Shown here in pieces: positions 28,677 to 38,124 of a stretch of DNA of 64,000 bases. Location of the stretch: the IMG/VR virus record IMGVR_UViG_3300033463_000012; one strand, written 5' to 3'. The notes under the pieces are model-generated. The model saw nothing but the letters and a program-made list of their open reading frames with translations. It had not been told where the DNA came from and ran no database searches. Source of the stretch: a virus. Its lineage: Duplodnaviria; Caudoviricetes. The position numbers and the translations under genes are program-made. Within the stretch, counting starts at the first letter, position 1; every line of letters begins with the position of its first letter.

Positions 28677-30242
28677 TCAATAGCCATCACGAAGGATAGC
28701 TTTGAATATGTCCATGGGTTCCTTGCTGTCATCTACCAGATATGACGCCTGAGTGAAGTCATATTCATAGGATTCCATATCTTGCCATGATTCGGGTGCA
28801 TTGGGACAAGTTGTTCCAGACATGTAATCGAGGGCATTTTGTAGATGATTATCTTCGTCTTCCTCTATCAAATTATAGTAAGTTTCCATATCACCTTTTC
28901 TACAAGCAGCTAGGAACATTTCTTTGATTTCTGGATTGACTTTATTGAGTTCAGATTGAGCATTCATAATACAGTCAACTGCGAGTTCGATTCCATCGAC
29001 TTCCTCTTCTTCATCGTCGTAGGATTCTTCGATGACTCGACCATATCTCTTCCAGGATTCAATCTTCTTCACCACGTCGTCCACACCCTTTGCAAGAGTG
29101 TTCGTGATTTCTTCGGGGTTTTCTCCGGTCTGAGGCATGAATTCTCTTTCAGGGGCACCGGAAATCGAATTGTTGTTTTTCTTCAGGGATAGACAATTAC
29201 GAACGGCGTAAGTAAGGACCTTTGCACCGGCACTGTCATCATCGTTGAAACCGGATTTAATGCCAGCGATTTTACGTTCAGGGTCCTTGGAAAGAATGTT
29301 TTCGCAAAGTTTGGAGAATTCCTTTTTCTTTGGAGAGGAATCATAGCACTTCTGAGCAGCAGTCAACATGGTTGCTTCGTCTGCTTCCAGAACATTGCAT
29401 GCAGTTTCCTTCTTTCCGTCTATCTTGCTGGTCGCGATTGGAACCTTGCCGAGAGTGGAAGCGATAACACCCTGAACTGCAGCCAGTGCCTGTTTGGGCA
29501 AAATTTCTTCAGTGGACTTGAAGTTAATGGCGGCAATCTTCGAATTGGGATTGAAGGCATAGACCTGAGACCATCTGTGGTGGCCGTCAATAATGAATTT
29601 CCCTTCAAAAACCCAAATAGGAGAACCAGCTTCAATGCTAGGAGATTCCTCGGAAAGCATTCTGGTGACCGTATCTTCGGCTTCATTGGGCTTGGTGACC
29701 GGGAAGCCAATGGAGTTTTCCAGACCAATGAAGTTCTGAGTGGGAATAAGTTTGTTCACAGGAATATAACCAGACTGCTGAACCTTGATCTTGATGTCCC
29801 CGGAACCACCACCGAAGGCATAGTCAATCCACTTTTCCATCTTCGGGTCATTTACGCCCTTGATCAGCTTGTTGACGAATTCCTTGTATTTGATTCCGTC
29901 TTCAATATCTGCAGGGGCCTGGACCTCTTCCTGTTTTCCACCTTCGTCTTCATCTTCCTTTAGCATTCGGCCAGTGGGATGATGAGATTCCTCTAGTTCC
30001 TTTTCCGTTTCATAGACGTATTCCAGAACATCTTCGGGATAAAGGTTTGACTTTTCGTCGTAATAGTCATCTTCATTTGAGTCCTTGTGAACATCCCAGC
30101 CGTGATCATTCAGAATGGCCACTACATCAACACCACTGAGTGAAACCCGAATCTCAGTTTCATCATCGAGGCACCATGGATTATATCCGGCTTTTCTCAG
30201 AATGTTGAACAATTCTCTTGCTTTTTCTCTATATCCATCCAT
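28677..30242 (-). CDS. Three-module protein with central ParB/Srx-like domain and two linkers
   Basis: LIPTQ...IIDGHHRW; linkers LEESHHPTGRMLKED and IESWKRYGRVIEES; late promoter. Confidence 0.75.
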   Translation of the reverse strand: MDGYREKARELFNILRKAGYNPWCLDDETEIRVSLSGVDVVAILNDHGWDVHKDSNEDDYYDEKSNLYPEDVLEYVYETEKELEESHHPTGRMLKEDEDEGGKQEEVQAPADIEDGIKYKEFVNKLIKGVNDPKMEKWIDYAFGGGSGDIKIKVQQSGYIPVNKLIPTQNFIGLENSIGFPVTKPNEAEDTVTRMLSEESPSIEAGSPIWVFEGKFIIDGHHRWSQVYAFNPNSKIAAINFKSTEEILPKQALAAVQGVIASTLGKVPIATSKIDGKKETACNVLEADEATMLTAAQKCYDSSPKKKEFSKLCENILSKDPERKIAGIKSGFNDDDSAGAKVLTYAVRNCLSLKKNNNSISGAPEREFMPQTGENPEEITNTLAKGVDDVVKKIESWKRYGRVIEESYDDEEEEVDGIELAVDCIMNAQSELNKVNPEIKEMFLAACRKGDMETYYNLIEEDEDNHLQNALDYMSGTTCPNAPESWQDMESYEYDFTQASYLVDDSKEPMDIFKAILRDGY

Positions 30243-30293
30243 ATTTCAAGCTCCTTTATGCTATGAAACATTAAAACTTCTGTTTAATTTAGC

Positions 30294-30572
30294 TCAGATG
30301 AACATTGATACCTGATACTTGTTTCCATTTTTGTCCGTCATGTAATATGGACAATCCATGATTTCGTCCATGTTTTCCTTGACGTCATCTATCACGCCAA
30401 GTTCCTTTGCCTTTATCAGCATGAGGTCCAAGTCCTTGAAATTCCCTTCGGTCATCAACTTCTTGGCGTCACGGGCATAGGCAGCGACATCGTCTATTGA
30501 CTGATTGGAGAAAACCAGGCAGATGTATTTGCCAGTTTCTGGATTTCGAACATTGATGATTTTATTTTGCAT
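30294..30572 (-). CDS. Hypothetical protein
   Basis: ORF with GGAGG SD overlapping the upstream gene end. Confidence 0.6.
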   Translation of the reverse strand: MQNKIINVRNPETGKYICLVFSNQSIDDVAAYARDAKKLMTEGNFKDLDLMLIKAKELGVIDDVKENMDEIMDCPYYMTDKNGNKYQVSMFI

Positions 30573-31632
30573 TGAGCGCCTCCGGGCCAATGAGAGCTGT
30601 TGTCCATCTCTTTACGTTTATCAAACTTTCGGACCACCTGCCTTCCTTTTCCATCCATTCCCTTTGCTTCTTGAGCATTGTCTCGAAATTGGATTTGTCG
30701 CAAGCGTCCTTTATCTTTCTGTCAATCTCGTCCTTGGAAATGTCAACAGGAGCGGTCATCTGACATTCGACATAGGGAGAATTGTCGAAAGTCGTTCCAA
30801 AACAAACGCATTCCATTGCACTCGCTTCGACCAACTTGATGTCAGATTTGCACTTGTTGAAGACATGGTCAGCCAAAGGATTTATGGAGAAATGTGGATC
30901 AATTTTACGAATGAGGCCAGGCAGTGAGGAATAAGGCATCCAAGGATAGACCTTGATTTTGTCCTGGATTTCGTCAAAGAACCACGGGAGGGAACCGATG
31001 CAATGGAATTCGATTTTCCCTTTCTTCACTGATTCGATCACCCAGCTTGCCCATTCCTCTGTCCAGTCACCGTAGAGTTTGTTCGTATTCCCGAAGTGGG
31101 TCGATGAACCGGAATAGAGGATTCTCGGAACCTTGATGTCCTTGTCCAACTTCTTTTCCGGTGTATACCATAGTGCCTTTTGAACGGTATTCGGAATGAT
31201 CGACGAGGGACCTTTATGCATGTTGTCCCAGACCCAGCTTGTGAGATACTTGGTGGAAAACGTCTTCATGTTCATCAGACTCATCCACTCGATTTCGTTT
31301 CGTCTGTCCTCTGCGGAGAATTTGGCGAAGTTCGGTTTCAGGAAATTCCACTCAGGCAGAAGGTCATCCCAAATCAGGTCGTCGTTGTCCAAGATCAACC
31401 TGACGTGAGGAAATTTCGCCTTTATCTGCTTGAGGTCATTGAGAATCTGAACATTGCTCCTTCCACGGAAAATCACGAAGGCAGTCTCGGACAACACCTT
31501 TGGATGTATCGGAAAGCAGGGAAGGTCAAAGTAATAGAGATTCTGAATCCTTTCCGCCAGAGTGTCCAGTGGATTTTGGATTCTGATCTTGGATATCGCG
31601 TTTTTCTGTGATACGAATGAAAGTCCTACCAT
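30562..31632 (-). CDS. GT-B glycosyltransferase-like protein
   Basis: DNDDL, IPN, YSGSSTH..D, PL..HVFNKCKSDIKLVE. Confidence 0.8.
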   Translation of the reverse strand: MVGLSFVSQKNAISKIRIQNPLDTLAERIQNLYYFDLPCFPIHPKVLSETAFVIFRGRSNVQILNDLKQIKAKFPHVRLILDNDDLIWDDLLPEWNFLKPNFAKFSAEDRRNEIEWMSLMNMKTFSTKYLTSWVWDNMHKGPSSIIPNTVQKALWYTPEKKLDKDIKVPRILYSGSSTHFGNTNKLYGDWTEEWASWVIESVKKGKIEFHCIGSLPWFFDEIQDKIKVYPWMPYSSLPGLIRKIDPHFSINPLADHVFNKCKSDIKLVEASAMECVCFGTTFDNSPYVECQMTAPVDISKDEIDRKIKDACDKSNFETMLKKQREWMEKEGRWSESLINVKRWTTALIGPEALNAK

Positions 31633-31650
31633 GCTTTATTTAGAGCAGGA

Positions 31651-32688
31651 CTAATCACCGAATTCCTTCAAGAGGGCTTTCAATTCCTTCTTGATCTGAT
31701 CCTTGTTCTCGATGTCTTCTCTAAGGTCGACATATTCCATGAGGACTTCGGCCATGGTCTTGTTCTCGACTTCAACCTTGGCGTTCTGCAGGGCTTCGGG
31801 TTGTAGGACCTTGACCGTCGGTGGATACATCGGCTTCATCTCGGAAATCTTCTGGACAAATTCATCCAACTTCTTGTCGTCCAGGAATTCGGGTTTGACC
31901 AAGACATCGATCATGTTCCCCTGAATGTCCTCTTCCTTCGGGACATTAGGATATTCCACATCCACGAATTTGGCGGAAACCTTGTTCTCTACGAATTCCA
32001 ACTTCATGGTTTCCGTATCGAAGATATAGCCGCCGCGGGAGCCACCTTTGTCCGTTCGAGTCATTTGATACGGCGCACCCAAGTATCTGCATTCCTTGTT
32101 TCTTTCAGTTCTCACGCCAGGTGTATGAATATGACCCGAGAATGTGCGAATGAAGTTGTCAAAGAAAAGCGACAGGTCAACCTGAAAGACATTCTGATTC
32201 GAGGTTTCCGGAATGTCGAAGCCAAGTATTTCCAAATGTCCTAATGCATATTTCGCCGTGATCACTTCATTGCTCAGCAAGGAGTCAAGTGCCGCCTTGT
32301 TGTATTCAGACAGCCACGGGATTATCAAGAAGTCCCCGACCTGTTCCATCTTGGTGTAGACATTGATGTTCGGAGAAAGGAAGGAGAGGTAGTTGATCGA
32401 ATTCACTTCCGTGTCGGTGGTGTAATACATGTCATGATTGCCGACCAGGACGTGAGTGTGAAACTTGGAAAAGTCCTCCTTGAACAGCTTTGAAACCGAG
32501 TCAAGGAGTTTAACGGATATCGACTTTCTGTCATTGAAGATGTCACCAAGAAGGAACAGTGTGTCTATTCCATCGTCTTCCAACTTCTTCAAGAAAACGT
32601 CCTTGATGAATTTCAGCTGGGATTCAAAGAATACGTCATCCGACTTCTTTATGCCGAAGTGTAGGTCAGCCAACATTCCAACTTTCAT
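31651..32688 (-). CDS. gp47: Recombination endonuclease subunit (Mre11/SbcD)
   Basis: DLHFG, LGD, GNHD, GHLE, SGHIH. Confidence 0.93.
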   Translation of the reverse strand: MKVGMLADLHFGIKKSDDVFFESQLKFIKDVFLKKLEDDGIDTLFLLGDIFNDRKSISVKLLDSVSKLFKEDFSKFHTHVLVGNHDMYYTTDTEVNSINYLSFLSPNINVYTKMEQVGDFLIIPWLSEYNKAALDSLLSNEVITAKYALGHLEILGFDIPETSNQNVFQVDLSLFFDNFIRTFSGHIHTPGVRTERNKECRYLGAPYQMTRTDKGGSRGGYIFDTETMKLEFVENKVSAKFVDVEYPNVPKEEDIQGNMIDVLVKPEFLDDKKLDEFVQKISEMKPMYPPTVKVLQPEALQNAKVEVENKTMAEVLMEYVDLREDIENKDQIKKELKALLKEFGD

Positions 32689-32714
32689 GTGGATCCTTTT
32701 GGTATACCTAAAAT

Positions 32715-33329
32715 CTAATTAATGAAGGACTCGAATGGATTCGGTTTTTCCTTCTTTTCCGCTGGCTTCTTTTGCTGCACAACGTTCTTCTCTTCCTTGA
32801 GTTCATGGGATTCAAGGAAGGAATTGGAGAGGAATTTGTAGCGGTGGGCGAATTCATCAGCTCGTAGATTGTATGATAAATTCTTTATGACCTGAATGAA
32901 ATAGGCCAGCGGATTTTCCTTTCTGGAGTCAAAGCGATTAACCACAACCAGAAGGCGGGTCATCACGTCCTGTTTCAAGTCCATCTTGGATTCGTCTGCA
33001 TTCATCTGCTGAAAGCCAAATCCGGCCAGGACTGAGTCGATCAATTCATAGAAAATCTTGAAAAGTTCATCGGACACCTGTTCCAACTTCAGATGTCTTT
33101 CCTTCTTTTCTTCCGGTGTTTCGTTCTTGAGTCTGTCCTTCTTTCCAAGATACCAACCGGATTTGAATTCCACGAAGGCCTTGCGGTTTTCCTTGTAGGT
33201 GTCGAAGGCTTCATCCGACATTCCTTTCGGTCTGATCAACTTGGAATTGAGCCAGGATGCATCGATGTCATCGTTCAGAAACTGATAATCGGATATCAGT
33301 TCATGCAACTTCTTCTTGTCTATCCACAT
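32715..33329 (-). CDS. gp55: Late-transcription sigma factor
   Basis: NRFDSRKENPLAYFIQ; start MWIDKKKL; adjacent to gp46/47. Confidence 0.8.
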   Translation of the reverse strand: MWIDKKKLHELISDYQFLNDDIDASWLNSKLIRPKGMSDEAFDTYKENRKAFVEFKSGWYLGKKDRLKNETPEEKKERHLKLEQVSDELFKIFYELIDSVLAGFGFQQMNADESKMDLKQDVMTRLLVVVNRFDSRKENPLAYFIQVIKNLSYNLRADEFAHRYKFLSNSFLESHELKEEKNVVQQKKPAEKKEKPNPFESFIN

Positions 33330-35074
33330 TTTCTGAGGTCCTTTATGAACTTCACCTGCGAGAAGCGAGCAGGTTTTGTCACTTCCAACATCCCGTCGAA
33401 GTCCATGTTTTGAGGGTCGCGGTGGGTGATGACGAAGGAACACTGCTGATTGTTCCTCACCATTTCCTTGACCGAGTTCACGATTACAGCCAGGTTTTCC
33501 GTATCCACCGAGGAGTCGAACAATTCGTCGAAGAATATGATGTTCGAATCCCAACCTGACAATGTCTTGGTGATTTCCATGAAGGCCAAGAGGATCGCCA
33601 TATCCACTCTTTTCTTTTCGCCTTCGGAACAGCTCATGTAGTTCACCATGTCGTTCTTCAACTTCAGCGCAGCTTCGTCATTCGCATTGAAGACGAATTC
33701 GAAGTCAAGACCGAATTCTATCAAGCGATTGTTCACCATCTGATTGACCACGGTGACGTATTTGTCGATGTAGTATCCTCTGACCCCGTTGTCCGAGAGG
33801 ATGTCGACCAGCTGCTTCTGTATCTTCAAGTCCTTTGTTATGCGCTTGAATTTGTTTTCCTCACTCTGCCAGTTCTGCTTCGCTGTCTTTGCATCCTGTT
33901 CATATTTGTCCAGGTCGATTTCAACGGGAGCGTCCTGCTTTTTGAGCTGTTCATCTATCGTCTTTATCTTCTGCTTCTCTATCTTTTCCTTGTAGGTCAG
34001 ATCAGCGACCACCCTGTCCATCTCATTCAGCTCATTGTTTCTGTCCTGCTGAAGTTGAACCTCGGCTTCTATTTCCTTCACCTTGGACGAGTTGTTCTTT
34101 CCATCTGCTATGACCTTCTCCTTTTCTGCTCCCAATTCCTCCAACTTGTTGGTCTTGAATTTCTTGTCGATTTTCTGTCCACAAGTCGGGCAGCAGTTAT
34201 GAGAGGAGAAAAATTCAATGTTTTCGATCAGCTGTTTTGCCGTCATCCGAAGTTGAGCCAGCTTTTCCTTCAGCTTGTCCAACTTCTTCGTGTCAGGGTT
34301 TGGAACGTTCTTTTCCAGTTCTTCCCGTTTCTTCTTCGCTTCCATCAACTTCTTCGAGAAGCCGGCCATTGCAGTCTTTGCCTTTTCCTTGTCCGATTCC
34401 AGCTTCTGCTTTTCGTCGTCCCCGTGGTTCTTCAGATTTTCCACGGTTTCCTTCATGTTCTCGAAAGTCTGCAAGGCATTGAGTGAAGTGGTCTTGAGGT
34501 TTGTGGCCAGTGCCTCCGAGACCTTGTAGTCGACCTTGAGTTCCGATATGCGCTTCTTAACCTCGGTCGTCATCTTGGAGAATACGCCCAGGTTGAAAAC
34601 GTCCGACAGAAATTCTCGCTGTTCCTGTGCAGTCATCGTCATGAATGGTTTCGTCAATCCAATGGAAAGAATGACCACGCGGCGGAAAAGGTCTTGCTTC
34701 ATGCCGAGTATCTGGTCGATTTCGTTCTGCACCAGTGTCTTTGAGGAAAGAAGGTCAAGCGGTTGCCCGTTCAGGGAGATGTCCAGGATGTTTGGGGAAC
34801 GACCTCGCTGAATGACATATACATCGTCATTGCGCTTGAACTTCACCTCGACCAACATGTCCGAGTTGTTGGTTCGGTTGATGAGTTCATCCATCTTCAC
34901 GTCTCTGTAGGTTTTCCCATAGAGAGCGTAAAACAGGGCGTCGACTATTGTGGATTTACCGGCACCGTTCGACCCTCGTATGGCGTAAAAGCCCTTTGGA
35001 AAATCGATTTCGGTCCACTTGTTGCCGTATGATAGGAAGTTTTTCCAGCGTAAGGAAAGGAATTCTATGTGCAT
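33320..35074 (-). CDS. gp46: Recombination ATPase (Rad50/SbcD partner)
   Basis: KNFLSYGN, GSNGAGKST, CPTCGQ hook, SEGEK, FFDE. Confidence 0.95.
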   Translation of the reverse strand: MHIEFLSLRWKNFLSYGNKWTEIDFPKGFYAIRGSNGAGKSTIVDALFYALYGKTYRDVKMDELINRTNNSDMLVEVKFKRNDDVYVIQRGRSPNILDISLNGQPLDLLSSKTLVQNEIDQILGMKQDLFRRVVILSIGLTKPFMTMTAQEQREFLSDVFNLGVFSKMTTEVKKRISELKVDYKVSEALATNLKTTSLNALQTFENMKETVENLKNHGDDEKQKLESDKEKAKTAMAGFSKKLMEAKKKREELEKNVPNPDTKKLDKLKEKLAQLRMTAKQLIENIEFFSSHNCCPTCGQKIDKKFKTNKLEELGAEKEKVIADGKNNSSKVKEIEAEVQLQQDRNNELNEMDRVVADLTYKEKIEKQKIKTIDEQLKKQDAPVEIDLDKYEQDAKTAKQNWQSEENKFKRITKDLKIQKQLVDILSDNGVRGYYIDKYVTVVNQMVNNRLIEFGLDFEFVFNANDEAALKLKNDMVNYMSCSEGEKKRVDMAILLAFMEITKTLSGWDSNIIFFDELFDSSVDTENLAVIVNSVKEMVRNNQQCSFVITHRDPQNMDFDGMLEVTKPARFSQVKFIKDLRKCG

Positions 35075-35119
35075 AGTTAGTATCTAATATAGTCACTGTA
35101 GAGATGAAAGGTAAAAGAA

Positions 35120-35146
35120 AAAGCCCTCCATTTTCAGGAGGGCTTT
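35120..35146 (-). terminator. Intrinsic terminator
   Basis: AAAGCCCTCC/GGAGGGCTTT stem. Confidence 0.8.
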
Positions 35147-35156
35147 ATTTATATGT

Positions 35157-35909
35157 TTATGATAATGCTTCCATCAATTCATCGAAGTGTTCTTCTATGT
35201 CTTTTCTACTTAATTGATAATTACCTCTGACTCTTCTTCCTACATCAGGAACATGTTTTTCTAGATAATCAACCAGTTTTCCTACTGTTCCATAACCATT
35301 AAGTTCTATGTAAACTGGATACTTGTCCTCTGAAATTTCAAAACTTCTATAACAAGAAGAAGGGCCTCTATGTAACCAATTTATACAAGAACCATGGTCT
35401 CCTCTATATCCATCTGCTATGATACGCACCATTTCTCTATCACTACTATCATCAAAAACATCATACAATGCTTCCAAGAATTTCAATACATACTTTGACT
35501 TTTCTTTCTGCTCAGTCCTGAATCCTTCCCGAAGCATCCGACCACGGAGACGACGGGATTCATTGAATTTTCCTTCTCTGGACATTTTTATATGATTTTC
35601 AGTCCTGATGCTGGAAATTTCATCATCAACAACATATCTTATTGCTTTGAACATTGGTCCGGCTGAAAACACAATATCGAAATTTTCAATATCATAAACA
35701 TCAATATCCAATGAAGCACCTAAATCAATAAGAGGCCTGACTATTTTCGTCAAAGCATCTGTCATATTTATTGGCAGATTAGGAAGATTGGTTTTTACTC
35801 CTTCATCATCATTTCTGCGATGGATTTGAACATATGAACCTTCGACTGGATTCAAATCTTTGTCAAAGGCATCAAATCCTTTTCTGTTTACTGTTAGTCG
35901 TCCAAGCAT
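35157..35909 (-). CDS. Two-module protein with FNESRRLRGRMLREG linker
   Basis: AT-rich; last gene of the tail operon. Confidence 0.75.
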   Translation of the reverse strand: MLGRLTVNRKGFDAFDKDLNPVEGSYVQIHRRNDDEGVKTNLPNLPINMTDALTKIVRPLIDLGASLDIDVYDIENFDIVFSAGPMFKAIRYVVDDEISSIRTENHIKMSREGKFNESRRLRGRMLREGFRTEQKEKSKYVLKFLEALYDVFDDSSDREMVRIIADGYRGDHGSCINWLHRGPSSCYRSFEISEDKYPVYIELNGYGTVGKLVDYLEKHVPDVGRRVRGNYQLSRKDIEEHFDELMEALS

Positions 35910-35921
35910 TTTTCATTCTCC

Positions 35922-36341
35922 TTATTTTGTCTTTGTCATTATGATTCCATCTTCTTCCGTTTCCTGGACAGCGACGAAACCAAAACTTTCATAGATTTCG
36001 ATCAATTTAGCCATCTCGGTTCCTTTGTCCGGATATGCTCGAAGGATGAACTGTTTGCAATGTTCCCTGTTTTCAATCTCCTTCAAGCCCATTCCGAACA
36101 AGGTCTTTCCGAGACCAATTCCCCGGTATTCCTTGTTTATGTAGAAATACTCGATGTTCGTAACTCTTTCGTCGGGGTCAAATCCTCTCATTATGTCAAA
36201 GTCAAATTCATCGGACAAAGTTTCTTCATATTCGTGCATGATTACTTCAAAATATCCACAGGTATATGACAAATATCCTATCTGTTCACCATCCAAAATG
36301 AACTTCACTTCGTTTTCTGAATAGTCAATTGATATGTTCAT
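35922..36341 (-). CDS. GNAT acetyltransferase
   Basis: INKEYRGIGLG acetyl-CoA motif, YESFGF. Confidence 0.85.
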   Translation of the reverse strand: MNISIDYSENEVKFILDGEQIGYLSYTCGYFEVIMHEYEETLSDEFDFDIMRGFDPDERVTNIEYFYINKEYRGIGLGKTLFGMGLKEIENREHCKQFILRAYPDKGTEMAKLIEIYESFGFVAVQETEEDGIIMTKTK

Positions 36342-36877
36342 TTATTGTCCATTATGATTTGATTGCAACAGAATGTCAATTTCCTGATGATTTTTCCTGG
36401 AGAATTATATGAAAAATCCAAGCCATCTGAACGAACGAAGAATGAGTCCGACATTATCCACGTCTTCAAAATGTCGAAGTCACCGGAATTCGTATATCCT
36501 TTCGGAGACAAAACCGAAATCCTGATGTCTCCTATACAAGCCGATGACCAATAACGATGAATGCCATATTGGTCAATGTTCCTTATTTCCAATTCATTCA
36601 CCAATTCCGAAACCTTCCAATCCTTGGTTTCCTCCATGGTGATCGTGAATTCGTAGCCATCGTTTTCCTTCATCACAGGACGGGAGAATGGACGACCTTG
36701 CACCTGGAATCCGACCTTCTGAAATTCCACAGGTTCCTGAATGGATATGTCCGTGACCATCCAGTTCTTTACATCCACTCCCAGGGTATCAGGAAAATTG
36801 ACGATAAACCAGTTGTTCGGTTGTATCGTCTTTTGATTGAACGCTTCCTGTTCCTTTTGAAGAGGTACCTTGGCCAT
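36338..36877 (-). CDS. Tail-tube-like protein
   Basis: gp19-like pattern, tandem with other tube genes. Confidence 0.55.
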   Translation of the reverse strand: MAKVPLQKEQEAFNQKTIQPNNWFIVNFPDTLGVDVKNWMVTDISIQEPVEFQKVGFQVQGRPFSRPVMKENDGYEFTITMEETKDWKVSELVNELEIRNIDQYGIHRYWSSACIGDIRISVLSPKGYTNSGDFDILKTWIMSDSFFVRSDGLDFSYNSPGKIIRKLTFCCNQIIMDNK

Positions 36878-36880
36878 CTA

Positions 36881-37495
36881 TCAGTCTCCCTTCAATGCTT
36901 CCTTGCAGTTGTCGGTGCCGTCCAGTGACCAATAGTCGAATGCGAAAGTCGCTGTGTATTTCACTGCATCTGATTTTCCATAGTCCAACTTCACGGACGA
37001 AATGCTTGTGATGAATGCATTTCTTATCTTCACTTCGGCTGGAAGCAACTCACCGTTCATGGCATATTGACGAATGACGATTGTGGTGACGAAAGATTCC
37101 TTGAAGTCATTGTATCGTCTGTAATATTGGTTGTCCAGCTGAGAATGGTCATAGATTTCGTGAATCCAGGAGTTGAGCATGGTGACCACTGTCTGGTCCT
37201 CACGTTCAATGAAGTCTATGTCCACCGTCTTTCCACCATCATCCGCGGGCAGAGGAAAGTTGTAGGTATGCCCGAGATATTTTGACGATGTATAGGCAAC
37301 CTTGCGGTCAGGAATGGAAACACCGATTGCGCGGAATTTGAGTTTGTCCTTCATTCCAATCGACTTGCCTGAGCAAGATGACCACAATCGGTGATCCTTG
37401 ATGCATTTCGGATTGTAGATTTCCACTTCCCACAGATTGGTCTTCTGTGGGTCCACCATGTTGGCGAATTTGTTGACAATGTGGAAATCCGGCAT
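36881..37495 (-). CDS. Tail-tube-like protein (gp19/gp54 paralog)
   Basis: NLWEV, SIPDR, F.E.ED, TFAFDYW. Confidence 0.75.
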   Translation of the reverse strand: MPDFHIVNKFANMVDPQKTNLWEVEIYNPKCIKDHRLWSSCSGKSIGMKDKLKFRAIGVSIPDRKVAYTSSKYLGHTYNFPLPADDGGKTVDIDFIEREDQTVVTMLNSWIHEIYDHSQLDNQYYRRYNDFKESFVTTIVIRQYAMNGELLPAEVKIRNAFITSISSVKLDYGKSDAVKYTATFAFDYWSLDGTDNCKEALKGD

Positions 37496-37505
37496 CCGCT
37501 ATCCT

Positions 37506-38105
37506 TTATTCAACCCGGTCTGTAAGTTCCCACCAGTCATACTGGAAAGTGCAGCTGTTTTCAAGACCATTCGAGTTGTCATAAGTCAAGCTGATGTCAC
37601 CGACCGAGGTAGGCCAAGCGTCGTGGAAGATGACTCCTTTGGAAAGGGGTTCACCGTCCATGCCGATCAGCTTGAGTTTGATGTCGGCCGAATAGTTGAA
37701 TCCACGAAGTCCATTGGGGTATTTCTGTCCGGCCAAACCGTGACCACCGTTCCCCTTGGAGGACATGGAATCGAAGATGTTGTTCACCCAGGTATTCAGA
37801 GCACGAGTGATATACTGGTCTTCGTATTCATAAAACTGGATGTCCAAAGTCTTGCCGCTCATGTCTTCGGTTCCTGCATAGTTGGATACCATGCCCATAT
37901 ACCGAGTTTCAATGCTAGGAATCTTACGACCAGGAATTGAACAAGACTTGGCACGAATCATCAGTTCCTTGGTCTGAGGAATTTCATTGCCTTCGACAGA
38001 ATATACAAGACCCTGAGGAATCTGAATTCTCACCTGCCAGAGATTCGACTTCTGAATGTCCGGCAGGGAGTTCTTTACTGCTGCGATATGATAATTGCTT
38101 GCCAT
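37506..38105 (-). CDS. gp19: Tail tube protein
   Basis: SIPGR, AWPTSVGDISL, TFQYDWW; follows the sheath gene. Confidence 0.85.
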   Translation of the reverse strand: MASNYHIAAVKNSLPDIQKSNLWQVRIQIPQGLVYSVEGNEIPQTKELMIRAKSCSIPGRKIPSIETRYMGMVSNYAGTEDMSGKTLDIQFYEYEDQYITRALNTWVNNIFDSMSSKGNGGHGLAGQKYPNGLRGFNYSADIKLKLIGMDGEPLSKGVIFHDAWPTSVGDISLTYDNSNGLENSCTFQYDWWELTDRVE

Positions 38106-38124
38106 CTATTTTTCTCCTCTCAGA

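Noticed and set aside
33330-33554. N-terminal extension of gp55 in the ORF track
   Set aside because: Overlaps gp46 in another frame; start at 33329 has an SD and fits the family
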